From contig OX597827.1 of the NCBI GenBank assembly GCA_951406725.2, positions 37,076,001 to 37,140,000 on the forward strand: DNA of 64,000 nucleotides, in the 5' to 3' direction. The notes under the pieces are model-generated. The model saw nothing but the letters and a program-made list of their open reading frames with translations. It ran no database searches and was not told the DNA's origin. The position numbers were made by a program, and so were the translations under genes. Shown in pieces: positions 63,716 to 64,000 of the stretch. Origin of the DNA: Octopus vulgaris. Lineage: Eukaryota. Numbering within the stretch: position 1 is the stretch's first letter; the number at the start of each line of letters is the position of its first letter.

Positions 63716-63940
63716 TATATGTATGTATGTATATGTTTGTGTGTCCGTGTATGGCCTCACCAACATCACTTGACAACCAATGCTGGTGTGTTTACGTCCC
63801 CATAACTTAGTGGTTCAGCAAAATAGACCAATAGAATAAGTACTAGGCTTACAAAAAATAAGTTCTGGGGTCAATTTGTTTGACTAAAGGCGGTGCTCTA
63901 GCATGGCTGCAGTCAAATGGCTGAAACAAATAAAAGAATA
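63420..63940 (+). mobile_element. Full-length tRNA-derived SINE family B with internal (TA)n expansion
   Basis: Head AGGAGTGGCTGTGTGGTAAG...GTTCAGTTCC, body to GAAACTGAAAGAAGCC, a microsatellite, then a 3' half ending GCTGAAACAAATAAAAGAATA. The same bipartite layout occurs in other copies. Confidence 0.85.
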
Positions 63941-64000
63941 TAATACATATATATAATACAGTATATATAATACAACAATCATCAGCATCATCATTTAACA

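Overview
AT-rich, microsatellite-dense eukaryotic (metazoan) DNA made almost entirely of transposable elements and simple repeats. I found no supportable host gene. The SINE/LINE repertoire suggests a cephalopod (octopus) genome, which is inference from pattern recognition only. The main feature is a young ~10.7-kb nested structure at 44058-54745. Three near-identical ~460-530-bp promoter-like tandem monomers ((CT)n, TATAAAAG, Inr-like TCACTC, two YY1-like motifs) run into an intact RTE-clade LINE ORF carrying a PHD finger just downstream of its YADD motif. A full-length Tx1/L1-clade LINE (44687-49974) has inserted into the second monomer at the predicted transcription start, with a perfect 15-bp TSD. 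The 3' end of this Tx1 element matches the tail of a tRNA-derived SINE family in the window in motifs, spacing and hairpin position. Elsewhere there are two decayed mariners, a maT/Tc1-like fragment, R4/Dong-like, BovB-like and RTE fragments, Penelope remnants with several minimal type I hammerhead ribozyme motifs, foldback hairpins, a MULE-like MITE and a Helitron-like tandem array. Most short ORFs in the track are microsatellite artefacts.
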